A DNA stretch of 64,000 bases from Candidatus Poribacteria bacterium (GCA_965215015.1 OZ244042.1:2208001-2272000); one strand, 5' to 3'. Shown: positions 39,369-49,513, counted from the stretch's first letter. Notes: generated from the sequence alone by a model not told the origin. Numbers and translations: made by a program.

Positions 39369-41234
39369 CTATAAAAAATAACGCTCCTTCTGTTTGGCAG
39401 TCTCATACTCTTCGTAAGCCTGCTGTACGGTGTCCACCTCAGAGATTTGGGCGACGGGTACATCCCACCACGATTCGTAGCTAGGGACGCGTTTTTCAAA
39501 ATCGACATCGACCTTGATCACCGTTGTGCAATCAGATGCTTTTGCCTCTCCGAGTGCTGCTTTCAGGCTCGTTGCCGAATTCGCCTCAATGACATGTGCA
39601 CCAAGGCTTGCGGCATTTGCAACTAAATCCACCGGCAGCATCCCTCCGTCCAGTTGACCTGTAGTATCGTTACGATACAGGAATTTTGTTCCAAAGCCCT
39701 GTGCCCCTGTCGCTTCGGAAAGCCCGCCGATACTGCTGTGGCCGTAATTATTCACCAGCACAATGGTCAATTTGTACCCTTCCTGAACCGCTGTCATAAT
39801 CTCCTGTCCCATCAACAGGTAAGAACCATCACCGACCAGCACGTAGACTTCGCGGCTTGGGTCTGCCATCTTGATTCCCAGTCCGCCCGCAACCTCGTAG
39901 CCCATGCAGGAATAGCCGAATTCCACATCATACCCCTTCGGGTCACGAGTGCGCCACAGCTTCTGGAGGTCCCCCGGTAAGCTGCCCGCCGCACCGATAA
40001 GCACATCCTTCGGATCTGAGAACTCGTTCACTACCCCAATCACTTCGCCTTGGCTAAGGATTTTGCTGTGGTCTGGGTGGTAAATTCGATCTACCTCCGC
40101 GTCCCATTCATCGCGCAATCTAGTGATCTGGGCAGCGTAGTCCAGATTGACATGATAGCCTTGAAGGGTGTCTCTGAGTTCCTCAAGTGTCACGCGCACA
40201 TCCGCGGTTAGCGATAGCGCGGCGTGTTTGGCGGCATCAAACTCTGCCACGTTGATGGTGATGAAGCGTACATCTGGATGTCGGAATGCTGTCTTTGAAG
40301 CTGTTATAAAATCACCTAATCGGGAACCTGCTACGATGATGAGGTCCGCGTCACGGGCGATGGTATTCGCACCCAGCGTGCCAGAGACACCCATCCCACC
40401 CAAACATTGGGGGTGGTCATAGCGGAGTGAACCTTTGCCTGCGAATGTTTCAGCAACAGGGATGCCGGTCTGTTCAGCGAATCGAGCAAGCGAATCGGTT
40501 GCCTCACTGTATTTTACGCCGCCGCCCGCGATGATAAACGGCCGTTTGCTAGCGCGAATCCATTCAGCGGCTTTTTTTAGCGCATTGATGTCCGCGCGTG
40601 GGCGTGGAATCCTCTGAACGCGCTTTTCAAACAGATCGGACGGATAATCAAAGGCTTCGGCTTGCACGTCCTGTGGCAATGCTACCGTGACGACCCCCGT
40701 TTCTGCCGGCGAGGTTAGCACACGCATCGCCTCCGGCAACGCAGTGATAATCTGTTCCGGACGGTTGATACGGTCCCAATAGCGTGAAATAGGCTTGAAG
40801 CAATCGTTCACCGAAATATCTTGGGAATTGGGTGATTCGAGCTGCTGTAATACAGGAGCGACAAGCCGTGTTGAGAAAATGTCGCCCGGTAGCAGCAGTA
40901 CAGGTATCCGATTAATTGTCGCACCGGCAGCGGCGGTAACCATGTTGGTTGCCCCCGGACCGATTGAAGAGGTACACGCAAAGGTGCGTAGGCGGTTACT
41001 CATCTTTGCAAATGCTGCAGCTGTGTGCACCATCGCCTGCTCATTGCGTGTCTGATAAAATCGGAATGAGTCCGCGTATTGATGCAACGCTTGCCCAACT
41101 CCGGCGACGTTGCCATGTCCGAAGATGCCGAACATACCAGCGAAAAACTGATGTTCGATGCCATCGCGTTCAACGTACTGGTTTTTGAGAAATTTGATGA
41201 CAGCTTGCCCCATCGTCAATCTTTGAGTTTTCAT
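39369..41234 (-). CDS. iolD: 3D-(3,5/4)-trihydroxycyclohexane-1,2-dione acylhydrolase
   Basis: RLTMGQA, GIFGHGNVAG, RNEQAM, EFGYSCMGYE, GDGSY, WWDVPVA. Confidence 0.96.
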   Translation of the reverse strand: MKTQRLTMGQAVIKFLKNQYVERDGIEHQFFAGMFGIFGHGNVAGVGQALHQYADSFRFYQTRNEQAMVHTAAAFAKMSNRLRTFACTSSIGPGATNMVTAAAGATINRIPVLLLPGDIFSTRLVAPVLQQLESPNSQDISVNDCFKPISRYWDRINRPEQIITALPEAMRVLTSPAETGVVTVALPQDVQAEAFDYPSDLFEKRVQRIPRPRADINALKKAAEWIRASKRPFIIAGGGVKYSEATDSLARFAEQTGIPVAETFAGKGSLRYDHPQCLGGMGVSGTLGANTIARDADLIIVAGSRLGDFITASKTAFRHPDVRFITINVAEFDAAKHAALSLTADVRVTLEELRDTLQGYHVNLDYAAQITRLRDEWDAEVDRIYHPDHSKILSQGEVIGVVNEFSDPKDVLIGAAGSLPGDLQKLWRTRDPKGYDVEFGYSCMGYEVAGGLGIKMADPSREVYVLVGDGSYLLMGQEIMTAVQEGYKLTIVLVNNYGHSSIGGLSEATGAQGFGTKFLYRNDTTGQLDGGMLPVDLVANAASLGAHVIEANSATSLKAALGEAKASDCTTVIKVDVDFEKRVPSYESWWDVPVAQISEVDTVQQAYEEYETAKQKERYFL

Positions 41235-41491
41235 GGTTGTCTCCTTTATTTAACTAATAGTGCTAGTTTAGCCCGCAAACCCATGACCATTATAGATTTT
41301 ATCACACAATTGTTTTGTTGGGTAGATGATAAATTCACACGATAGGGGATCGTATCTGTTATAGAAATTAGGCAAGCGACCAATTGAACTTGTCGGTTTT
41401 CATGAGGTCTAGCTTTCCGGCTCTCATATCCTGTGTCAAAGGAGGTGGGAAGCACCACCGGGCGGTGGTGCTTCCCACGAAAGCCGAAAAA

Positions 41492-41520
41492 ATTATACCA
41501 TATTTCACTGATAATTTCAA
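41492..41520 (-). promoter_or_regulatory. Strong sigma70-type promoter upstream of iolD and a structured leader
   Basis: TTGAAA-17-TATAAT with a TG extension. Confidence 0.65.
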
Positions 41521-41709
41521 CCGTTTTGAAGGATTTACAACATTCATATTCATAACATGAATATTGACAAATCCCATTAGACGCTAACACGAGGTGCGGC
41601 ATCTGTATCCCCGCTCTAAAGAACGAGACTTTAGAACAGAAGATTTTAGTAAATTGACAGAAAATGGCTATCCAACCAATGATAGATTGTGGGAGGCAAG
41701 CTGTATCCG

Positions 41710-44313
41710 CTACTTGAGGATTACCATCCGCCGTAACACAGTATCATCGCCTGCGTGGAGTTGATAGAAGTAGACCCCACTTGCCACCGATTCTCCACTG
41801 TCGTTACGACCGTCCCAATACGCTGCCTTTGCCCGATCAGTGTAATACCCCGCAGCCTGATGCCCCAAGTCCAACCGACGCACCGGTGTGCCTTTTGTAT
41901 CATAAATGGTGAGTGTAACATCGACGGCGTGGGCGAGGCGATACGGTATCCACGTCTCCGGGTTGAACGGATTGGGATAATTTGGGAGTAGTGCGGTTTC
42001 GGCAGGAGTGAGCATAGCTAACAGTGCTTCGAGGTTAGCGATACCGCGCCGAAAGGTGAGCGAGCCGTCATCTGCCGTGGGCGCCATAGCAATCCATTGT
42101 TGAATCGTTTCAGGAGTGATGTGAACACCAATCGGTGTAGCGAGAAATGACCGGTGTCCTCTACGGACTACGGATGCTGCGGGGGGTGTTGTGTCATCAA
42201 AGTGTGCACTGACCGCAACTAGATCAAAAATGTTGACGACGCCATCGCTGTTAATATCTCCTAATCGTCCTCCTCCTGTTTGTCCAAACATTTCTGTGAC
42301 TATTGCTAAATCGAAGATATTTACGATACCATCTTGGTTGACATCATAGGCGGAGACCTTCGGCGGTGTATCCGCTGGAGGTGCGAGGTTCCACAGGAGC
42401 ACTGTACCATCCCTACTCCCGCTTGCGAGTGTGGTGCCATCCGGACTGAACGCTACACTAGTAACGTTAGATGTATGCCCTGTGAAGGTCGCTTTGAGCT
42501 GATGTGCACAAACCTCCCACAGTCTCACGGTGTGGTCCTCACTTCCACTTGCGAGTGTGGTGCCATCCGGACTGAACACTACACTGTTGATGCTGGCCGT
42601 GTGCCCGATAAGGGTCCCTTTGGACTGATTTGTAGAAACATCCCACAGCTGCAACGCGCCATCATTATTCCAATCCCCACTCCCACTTGCGAGTGTGGTG
42701 CCATCCGGACTGAACGCTACACTGTTGATAGGGCTCCTATGCCCCATGAGGGTGGCTGTGAGTTGTTTTGTCGCAACATCCCACAGTTGTATCTTATGAT
42801 CTCTGCTCCCGCTTGCGAGTATGGTGCCATCCGGACTGAACGCTACAGTTCTAACGCTGTGTGTGGCACCCATGAGGGCTGCTTTGAGGCGACCTGTATC
42901 TGCGTCCCACAGTCGTATTGTGATGTCTTGCTTCTGATTGCTAGTCCTGTTGCCTCCCCAACCTCCAGCAGTTGCGAGTGTGGTGCCAGCCGGATTGAAC
43001 GCTACACTTAAGATGGAGTTCGTGTGTCCTATAATGGTGGTTTTGAATTGTCCTGTATTTGTGTCCCATAACCGGACCCTGTTGTATCGTGAATGTGCAC
43101 TTGTGTTGTCGTAACCTGCCGTTGCCAGCGTGGTGCTATTCGGGCTGAACGCTATGCTGCTGACACCGACCGAATGCCCTCCAAGGATGGCTTTGCGGCG
43201 TCCTGTCCCTGTGTCCCACAGTCGAATTCTGTTGTTTGGCCGACCTCCCCCGGTCGCCAATGTGTTACCATCCGGACTGAACGCTATACTGCTAACACTG
43301 TCAGTATACTCCCTAAGGATGGTTTTCGGTTTCCACGTGATTGTTTCCCGCAACCACACCGTGTTATCCTCACTTCCGCTTGCCAATGTGTTGCCATCCG
43401 GACTGAATACTATACTTCTGACCCTCCCTGCATGCCCTGCGAGGGTGACTATAAGTTGTCCTGTGGCAACATCCCACAATCGTACCGTGTTATCCCAACT
43501 TCCGCTTGCCAGCGTTGTGCTATTCGGGCTGAACGCTACACTGAAGATTGGGCGTGTATACCCCGTGAGAGTCATGATGGACTGACCTGTTCGTGCATCC
43601 CACAACCTCACCGTGTTATCCCAACTTCCGCTTGCCAATGTGTTGCCATCCGGACTGAACGCTATACTGTTGATGGCGTCTGTATGTCCTGCAAGGGTGG
43701 CTACGAGCTGCCCTGTGGTAACATCCCACAGTCGTACTGTTTTGCCCCAATCTCCACTTGCGAGCATGGTGCCATCCGGACTGAACACGAGACTCCTGGC
43801 ATCGTCCAAATATTCTATAAAGGTGGTTTTGAGTTGCCTTGTGGCAACTTCCCACAACCGTATCGTTTGGTCCTCACTTCCACTTGCTATCGTGGTGCCA
43901 TCCGGACTGAACGCTATACTGTTGATGGCGTCTGTATGTCCTACGAGGGTAGCTTTGAGTTGCCCGGTGGACGCATCCCACAGCCGCACCATGTTGTCGT
44001 CCCTACTTCCTGTTGCCAGCGTGGTGCCATCCGGACTGAACACTACATTTGAAACCGAGGTAGCTCCTGTAAGGAGATTACGTTCTGTACCAGTATCGGC
44101 ATCATATATCCAAATCCCGATAGAGCTCACAACCGCCAGACGACTGCCATCGGGAGAATACGCTATCTCTCCGGTTATATGACCTTTACCCAAGCGTGTT
44201 TTAGTGCCTTCGGGTAAATTCCACTTGGTGTAGTCTTGGGCATGGGTGTTTGATAAGAATACGAGCGTTCCTAAAGAACAGAGCACAAGTATGGAAAATT
44301 GTGCTGTTTTCAT
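41710..44313 (-). CDS. Secreted protein: signal peptide + 14 WD40 repeats + dockerin + FlgD-Ig/T9SS-type-A-like C-terminal domain
   Basis: THA|QD cleavage; 14 [FY]SPDG-type blades; DVNQDGIVNIFDL and DINSDGVVNIFDL; ALLPNYPNPFNPETWIPY...GVYFYQL. Confidence 0.92.
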   Translation of the reverse strand: MKTAQFSILVLCSLGTLVFLSNTHAQDYTKWNLPEGTKTRLGKGHITGEIAYSPDGSRLAVVSSIGIWIYDADTGTERNLLTGATSVSNVVFSPDGTTLATGSRDDNMVRLWDASTGQLKATLVGHTDAINSIAFSPDGTTIASGSEDQTIRLWEVATRQLKTTFIEYLDDARSLVFSPDGTMLASGDWGKTVRLWDVTTGQLVATLAGHTDAINSIAFSPDGNTLASGSWDNTVRLWDARTGQSIMTLTGYTRPIFSVAFSPNSTTLASGSWDNTVRLWDVATGQLIVTLAGHAGRVRSIVFSPDGNTLASGSEDNTVWLRETITWKPKTILREYTDSVSSIAFSPDGNTLATGGGRPNNRIRLWDTGTGRRKAILGGHSVGVSSIAFSPNSTTLATAGYDNTSAHSRYNRVRLWDTNTGQFKTTIIGHTNSILSVAFNPAGTTLATAGGWGGNRTSNQKQDITIRLWDADTGRLKAALMGATHSVRTVAFSPDGTILASGSRDHKIQLWDVATKQLTATLMGHRSPINSVAFSPDGTTLASGSGDWNNDGALQLWDVSTNQSKGTLIGHTASINSVVFSPDGTTLASGSEDHTVRLWEVCAHQLKATFTGHTSNVTSVAFSPDGTTLASGSRDGTVLLWNLAPPADTPPKVSAYDVNQDGIVNIFDLAIVTEMFGQTGGGRLGDINSDGVVNIFDLVAVSAHFDDTTPPAASVVRRGHRSFLATPIGVHITPETIQQWIAMAPTADDGSLTFRRGIANLEALLAMLTPAETALLPNYPNPFNPETWIPYRLAHAVDVTLTIYDTKGTPVRRLDLGHQAAGYYTDRAKAAYWDGRNDSGESVASGVYFYQLHAGDDTVLRRMVILK

Positions 44314-44350
44314 CAGTTGGATTCTCCTATATTGATTACGGGCCCCAATC

Positions 44351-46858
44351 CTACTTCAAAATGAGCATTTTCCGCGTTGCCGAATAATCTCCTGCGGACA
44401 GGCTGTAGAAGTAAAACCCGCTTACAACAGATTCTCCGCTGTTGTTACGACCGTCCCAATACGCCGCCTTTGCCCGATCGGTATAATAGTCCGCAGGTTG
44501 ATAACCTAAATTAAAGTGACGTACTACCGTCCCTTTTGTATCATAAATGGTGAGTGTAACATCCGCGGCGTGTGCAAGGCGATACGGTATCCACGTCTCC
44601 GGGTTGAATGGGTTGGGGTAGTTGGGCAACAAGGCTGTCTCCCGCGGTGGCAATGCCGCCAAGAGTTGTTTGAGGACGACAAGGCCGCGCCGATAGGCAA
44701 GCGAACCGTTGTCTGCTGCATGAGCCATATCAATCCATGCCTGAATTGTATCTCGGTTGAGATTCGACGAACCGCCTTTCTTCCCATTTTCGGGCGATAG
44801 GAATGCAATTGGGGCGGTGGGAATCATCGTTGCACTAAATACGCCAGCAACCTTGACGAGATCCAGAATGTCAACAACGCCATCTCCATTGACATCGGCA
44901 TTATTCTGCCCCATCTGTCCCAAGTTTGATCCAATGAGCATCAAATCCAAAATGCTCACCACACCATCGCGGTTGACATCTCCGGGTTTCGTTCTAGGGG
45001 TGAACTCCCATAGAAGCACCGTGCCATCATAACTCCCGCTTGCGAGCATAGTGCCATCCGGACTGAACGCTACGCTCCCGATACTGCCTGTATGCCCTAC
45101 AAGGGTGGCCTGAAGTTGCTGGGTAGTAACGTCCCACAGCCTCACCATTTTGTCCTGACCTCCACTTGCTATCGTGGTGCCATCCGGACTAAACGCGACA
45201 GTATAGATATCATACGAGTGTCCCGCGAGGGTGGCTTTGAGTTGCCCTGTGGCAATATCCCACAGTCCCACTGTTTTGTCCTGACTCCCACTCGCTATCA
45301 TGGTGCCATCCGGACTGAACACTATATCCCTGATAAAGGCTCTATGTCCGGTAAGGGTAGCTTTGTGCTCCCCCGTGCCCGGATCCCACAGTTGGATTGT
45401 ATTGTCTAAATCGTTAGCTGCGAGGAGGGTGCCATCCGGACTGAACGCGACACTCACGATATCTGCCCTTCTCCACATAAAGGTGGCGTGCTGTTGTCCT
45501 GTGGTAATATCCCACAGGCGTAACGTCCTGTCCCAGTATCCATTTCCAGTAGCAAGCATAGTGCCATCCGGACTGAACGCGACACTATTAACAGTGTACG
45601 TATGCCCGATAAGGCTGGTTTTAAATTGCCCTGCCGCAACCCCCCACAGTCGTACCGTGTAGTCTGCACTTCCACTTGCTAGTGTTCGACTATCCGGACT
45701 AAATGCTAAACTAGTGACCCGGGAGGTATGTCCAGTGAGAGTAGTTTTGGGGTTCCATGTCGCAACATCCCATAACTTCACCACCTTCCCACTCCCATTT
45801 GCGAACGTGGTGCCGTCCGGACTAAATGCTATTGTTGAACCACCGCCTGTATGTTCCGCGAAGATAGTTTTGAGTTGCCATGTTGTAGCATCCCACACCT
45901 GCACCTCACTGCCACTTGCACTTGTGAGTGTGGTGCCATCCGGACTGAACGCTAGACTGTCAATACTACCTGTATGTCTTATGAGAGTGGCTTTTAACTC
46001 TCCGCTTGTATGCCACAACCGTATCGTCTCGTCTTCACTCCCACTTGCCAGCGTTCGTCCATCCGGACTGAACGCTAGACTACTGACGTTGCTCGTATGA
46101 CCTGCAAGGGTGGCTATGGGCTGCCCTGTCCGTGCATCCCACAGCCGCACCGTGTCGTCGCCACCTCCACTTGCGACTGTAGTCCCATCCGGACTGAACA
46201 CGACACTTCCGACGCCGTTCTCATGTCCTTTAAGGGTGGCTTTCGTGTCTCCTGTGATTGTATCCCACAGCTGCACCGTGTCGTCTTGCCAGCCGCCTCC
46301 ACTTGCGAGCGTCGTCCCATCCGGACTAAACGCTAGACTACTGATCCAACGTGTATGCGCTACAAGCCTGGTTATGGGCTGCGCTGTCCGCGCAGCCCAC
46401 AGCTGGACTACTTTGTCCGAACCCCCACTTGCGAGCATGGTACCATCCGGACTAAATACTACACAATAGATACTGCCCTTATGCCCGGTGAGGACAACTT
46501 TGGGTTTCCATGTTGCAACATCCCATAGTCGCACCGTGGCGTCGTCCCAACCGCCTCCACTTGCGAGCGTCGTCCCATCGGGACTGAATGCAATACTTTC
46601 GATGTTCGACGTATGCCCCGTGAGCAGAGCGAGTTCTGTCCCACTGTGTGTATCGTACACCCAAATCCCGATAGCAGTCCCAACTGCCAAGACGCTTCCG
46701 TCCGGAGAATATGCTATATCAGTTATCCAACCTTTACCGAGGCGCGCTTTAGCTCCTTTGGGCAGATGCCATTGAGGGGAATCTTGGGCGAAGGTACTGG
46801 ACACAGACAAAAGAGAAACTAACAATAGGTTGAACCCAAAAAACCTACCCTTTTTCAT
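44351..46858 (-). CDS. Secreted paralog: signal peptide + 14 WD40 repeats + dockerin + FlgD-Ig-like C-terminal domain
   Basis: AGGAG RBS before MKKGRFF; TFA|QD; 14 blades; DVNRDGVVSILDL and DVNGDGVVDILDL; same C-terminal domain. Confidence 0.92.
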   Translation of the reverse strand: MKKGRFFGFNLLLVSLLSVSSTFAQDSPQWHLPKGAKARLGKGWITDIAYSPDGSVLAVGTAIGIWVYDTHSGTELALLTGHTSNIESIAFSPDGTTLASGGGWDDATVRLWDVATWKPKVVLTGHKGSIYCVVFSPDGTMLASGGSDKVVQLWAARTAQPITRLVAHTRWISSLAFSPDGTTLASGGGWQDDTVQLWDTITGDTKATLKGHENGVGSVVFSPDGTTVASGGGDDTVRLWDARTGQPIATLAGHTSNVSSLAFSPDGRTLASGSEDETIRLWHTSGELKATLIRHTGSIDSLAFSPDGTTLTSASGSEVQVWDATTWQLKTIFAEHTGGGSTIAFSPDGTTFANGSGKVVKLWDVATWNPKTTLTGHTSRVTSLAFSPDSRTLASGSADYTVRLWGVAAGQFKTSLIGHTYTVNSVAFSPDGTMLATGNGYWDRTLRLWDITTGQQHATFMWRRADIVSVAFSPDGTLLAANDLDNTIQLWDPGTGEHKATLTGHRAFIRDIVFSPDGTMIASGSQDKTVGLWDIATGQLKATLAGHSYDIYTVAFSPDGTTIASGGQDKMVRLWDVTTQQLQATLVGHTGSIGSVAFSPDGTMLASGSYDGTVLLWEFTPRTKPGDVNRDGVVSILDLMLIGSNLGQMGQNNADVNGDGVVDILDLVKVAGVFSATMIPTAPIAFLSPENGKKGGSSNLNRDTIQAWIDMAHAADNGSLAYRRGLVVLKQLLAALPPRETALLPNYPNPFNPETWIPYRLAHAADVTLTIYDTKGTVVRHFNLGYQPADYYTDRAKAAYWDGRNNSGESVVSGFYFYSLSAGDYSATRKMLILK

Positions 46859-47422
46859 GAGAATCCTTCTCCTTTTTGAGGCGTCAGCTTGGGGGTGTAT
46901 AACTTTTAAGCAGATTTGAGTCTCTTTAGGACTCAATGGGAGCAATTGGGCGGGGTTGGCTACTGCACGTATGGTTTCACCTAGGACAAACCCGGTAGAA
47001 ATAACCCCCTGTGGCTTTCTATCAATTTTTGTGCCAAACATCTGTTGGCAACACACAGCACAGTCAAAACGATTTGGGGATCTTCCTAACCGACGCATCT
47101 CATCGTTAGACCGAACAGGGGGGGCACCTGTGGAGTTAAGGGACTGGTTGTGGATTTACAACCCATAGAAAGTAGCGTTTAAACCGTCTTAAAATAGGGA
47201 CGCATTTTGCTTGCAGATCAGCAAGGGATTGCCTGCCCTTGTGCATACCGGCCGTTGCTTTTAACCTCAAGCGCACAAAGTGTCTAAATAGTTGTTAGAG
47301 GGATTGTATCCAATTGGAGTGAGGATTTGACCGATTTGTTCGGAGGCTGGAGGAGGATGGGTGAAAAGTTCAGTTTCTCTGAGATAATACATGTCGCCCC
47401 ACAAGGAGTATGGATGTGGGAG

Positions 47423-47620
47423 GTAGGTTGGATTGAACCGTTCAAATTTTGAACATCACTGTTTTATAAATGGACAGAGTGAAAACTAATACCCAATCAA
47501 TGCACCGATTATCAAGCGTTGGATCTCACTAGAATTTGTGGGATTTCAAGGTGAATAGGGCCGGCAATCTAAGGAGGAGCTACCTGGTGTATTTTATGAG
47601 TATCGTTCAACTCAACCTAC
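47423..47620. repeat. REPIN-like element bounded by GTAG-type inverted REPs
   Basis: GTAGGTTGGATTGAAC ... GTTCAACTCAACCTAC (14/16 complementary). Confidence 0.7.
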
Positions 47621-47706
47621 GTGCTGATGAGATTGCCCTATCGTTATAGTTTTTTGGTTATGGACGTTGCGTTCTAATGATGATGGGTTAAGCTAGCTGA
47701 ATCCAA

Positions 47707-48720
47707 TTACCAGTCCCCTCTTTCCCCAACAAAGTCCTCAACCTCGCGCATTGTGGGCATGAAGTTCGCGCATCCGTGCCGGGTAACGACAATCGCACCT
47801 GTCGCATTGCCCAATCGAGCAGACCGCTTCCAGCCCCAACCTTTCAGGTATCCGTAGATAAAACCGCTGGCAAAGGCATCTCCTGCACCGAGTGTATTAT
47901 ACACCTCGACGCGAAATGGATCAGCGTTGATAACTTCCCCGTCCGACAGATAAACGCCTGCGCCTTCAACCCCCCGCTTCATCACCAGAGCCTTTGGCCC
48001 ACCGCTCAGAATTGTCTGAATCGCTGCATTCACATCGCCTTCGATATCAGGATTAGAGATTTGGGAGTGAGTGATGGAGAGTTGTGACACATCGGAGAGG
48101 GTTGCCGCCTTGACCTCTTCTTCTGTGCCGAGTACGATATCGACCAATCGCAGTGCAGATCTGGCGACGACTCCAAAAGCGCGGGGATCATGCCACTGGT
48201 CTGCGCGGAAGTCAAGGTCAAGAAATACGGTGGTCCCAACAGATTGGGCGTATTCAGCAGCAAAAAGGTTCGCACTTCGACTCGGCTCTTTACTCAGTCC
48301 GGTGCCAGAGATGAGTAATGCCGAGCTATCAGCAACCGGTGAGGCGAGGACATCGTCGATTGTGAGTTCAATATCGGCGCAGTTGTCGCGGTAGTAGACG
48401 AGCGGGAATCGGTCCGGCGGCTCAATCCCAAGCACAACCGCGCTAGTTCGATGTCCCTGTTTGTGCAAGACAAATTTTGTTTCAACCGCTTCATCATTTA
48501 GAAATTTGAGGATAAAGTCCCCCACTGGATCCTCGCCGAGTGCCGTGAGAACAGCGGATCGGAGTCCAAGCCGCCGTGTCCCGACGCTGATGTTTGTCGG
48601 GCAGCCACCGACAAACGCGCCAAAACTTTCAATTTCGGGAAAGGGGGCACCGATGTCGTTGGAATAGAGATCTATCGAACTACGTCCGATTGCTAAAATA
48701 TCATAGGTTCGTTCACTCAT
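47707..48720 (-). CDS. iolC: 5-dehydro-2-deoxygluconokinase
   Basis: IGRSSIDLY, GGCPTNI, PPDRFPLVYYRDNCAD, LGAGDAF, RHGCANFMP. Confidence 0.93.
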   Translation of the reverse strand: MSERTYDILAIGRSSIDLYSNDIGAPFPEIESFGAFVGGCPTNISVGTRRLGLRSAVLTALGEDPVGDFILKFLNDEAVETKFVLHKQGHRTSAVVLGIEPPDRFPLVYYRDNCADIELTIDDVLASPVADSSALLISGTGLSKEPSRSANLFAAEYAQSVGTTVFLDLDFRADQWHDPRAFGVVARSALRLVDIVLGTEEEVKAATLSDVSQLSITHSQISNPDIEGDVNAAIQTILSGGPKALVMKRGVEGAGVYLSDGEVINADPFRVEVYNTLGAGDAFASGFIYGYLKGWGWKRSARLGNATGAIVVTRHGCANFMPTMREVEDFVGERGDW

Positions 48721-48724
48721 CGGT

Positions 48725-49513
48725 TCACCGTGATACGTAATCCTTGAATTTCTCACTTTCCTCTGTAAACCGGCAGGTAATCAGAAAAGCGTCGTTGCCG
48801 CAAGCGATTAACTGAACGCCCGCATCTGCCCACCGTTTACCACTCTCAAAATCGTTGACGTAACTGCCGAGGGCAACCTGATATTCCTTAGCTTTGGCGA
48901 TGACCTTTTCGATGCTATCGACAATCAGGGGGTGGTCGAGTTGTCCAGAGATACCGAGTGATGTCGAAAGGTCATACGGTCCGAGGAAGATAGCGTCGAG
49001 TCCATCGGTAGAAAGAATTTCATCAATGTTTTCCACTGATTTTGCGGTTTCAATCTGCCCGATGATAAAAATTTCCTCATTTGTCTGAAGGGTATATTTG
49101 ACACCGTCCAATTTCCGAAAATCACCATAATCAGTGTGACCAATGCCAAATGCAACCCCCCTCTCTCCATCAGGGGCATACTTCGCCCACGTTAGGACAT
49201 TTTCGATGTCTTTGCGCGATTCCACACGTGGAATCATTACCCCCGAAGCACCGGCGTCAAGGGCTCGGGAGATAAAATGCCGCTCAATGTCTGGCACACG
49301 CACAATACTAGGGAGGTCCGATCCCCTCGCCGCTCTAACGATACGCCCCACTGTTTCCATCGTGAAGGTTGTGTGCTCCATGTCCACAATGATGAAATCT
49401 GCACCGGCACTCGCTAGGATGGTAGCAATTGACGGCACTGCAAACTCCATCACAAAGGTCCCGACGATGATTTCTCCGCTTCGTAAAGTTGATTTAATCT
49501 GCTTGACTCTCAT
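48725..49513 (-). CDS. HpcH/HpaI-family class II aldolase
   Basis: DMEH, VRVP, QIET, FLGPYDLS. Confidence 0.92.
   Translation of the reverse strand: MRVKQIKSTLRSGEIIVGTFVMEFAVPSIATILASAGADFIIVDMEHTTFTMETVGRIVRAARGSDLPSIVRVPDIERHFISRALDAGASGVMIPRVESRKDIENVLTWAKYAPDGERGVAFGIGHTDYGDFRKLDGVKYTLQTNEEIFIIGQIETAKSVENIDEILSTDGLDAIFLGPYDLSTSLGISGQLDHPLIVDSIEKVIAKAKEYQVALGSYVNDFESGKRWADAGVQLIACGNDAFLITCRFTEESEKFKDYVSR

Noticed and set aside
42334-46822. Many long Cys-rich + strand ORFs (e.g. 43093-44052)
   Set aside because: Antisense shadows of the repetitive WD40 genes.
41710-46858. Diversity-generating retroelement TR/VR explaining the duplicated 3' ends
   Set aside because: No reverse transcriptase; both copies are coding paralogs and I saw no evident adenine-restricted mismatch pattern.
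46859-47098. N-terminal extensions given by the ORF track (also at 3001, 9869, 12328, 23189, 24567, 20486)
   Set aside because: Downstream starts have RBSs and match domain or signal-peptide boundaries.
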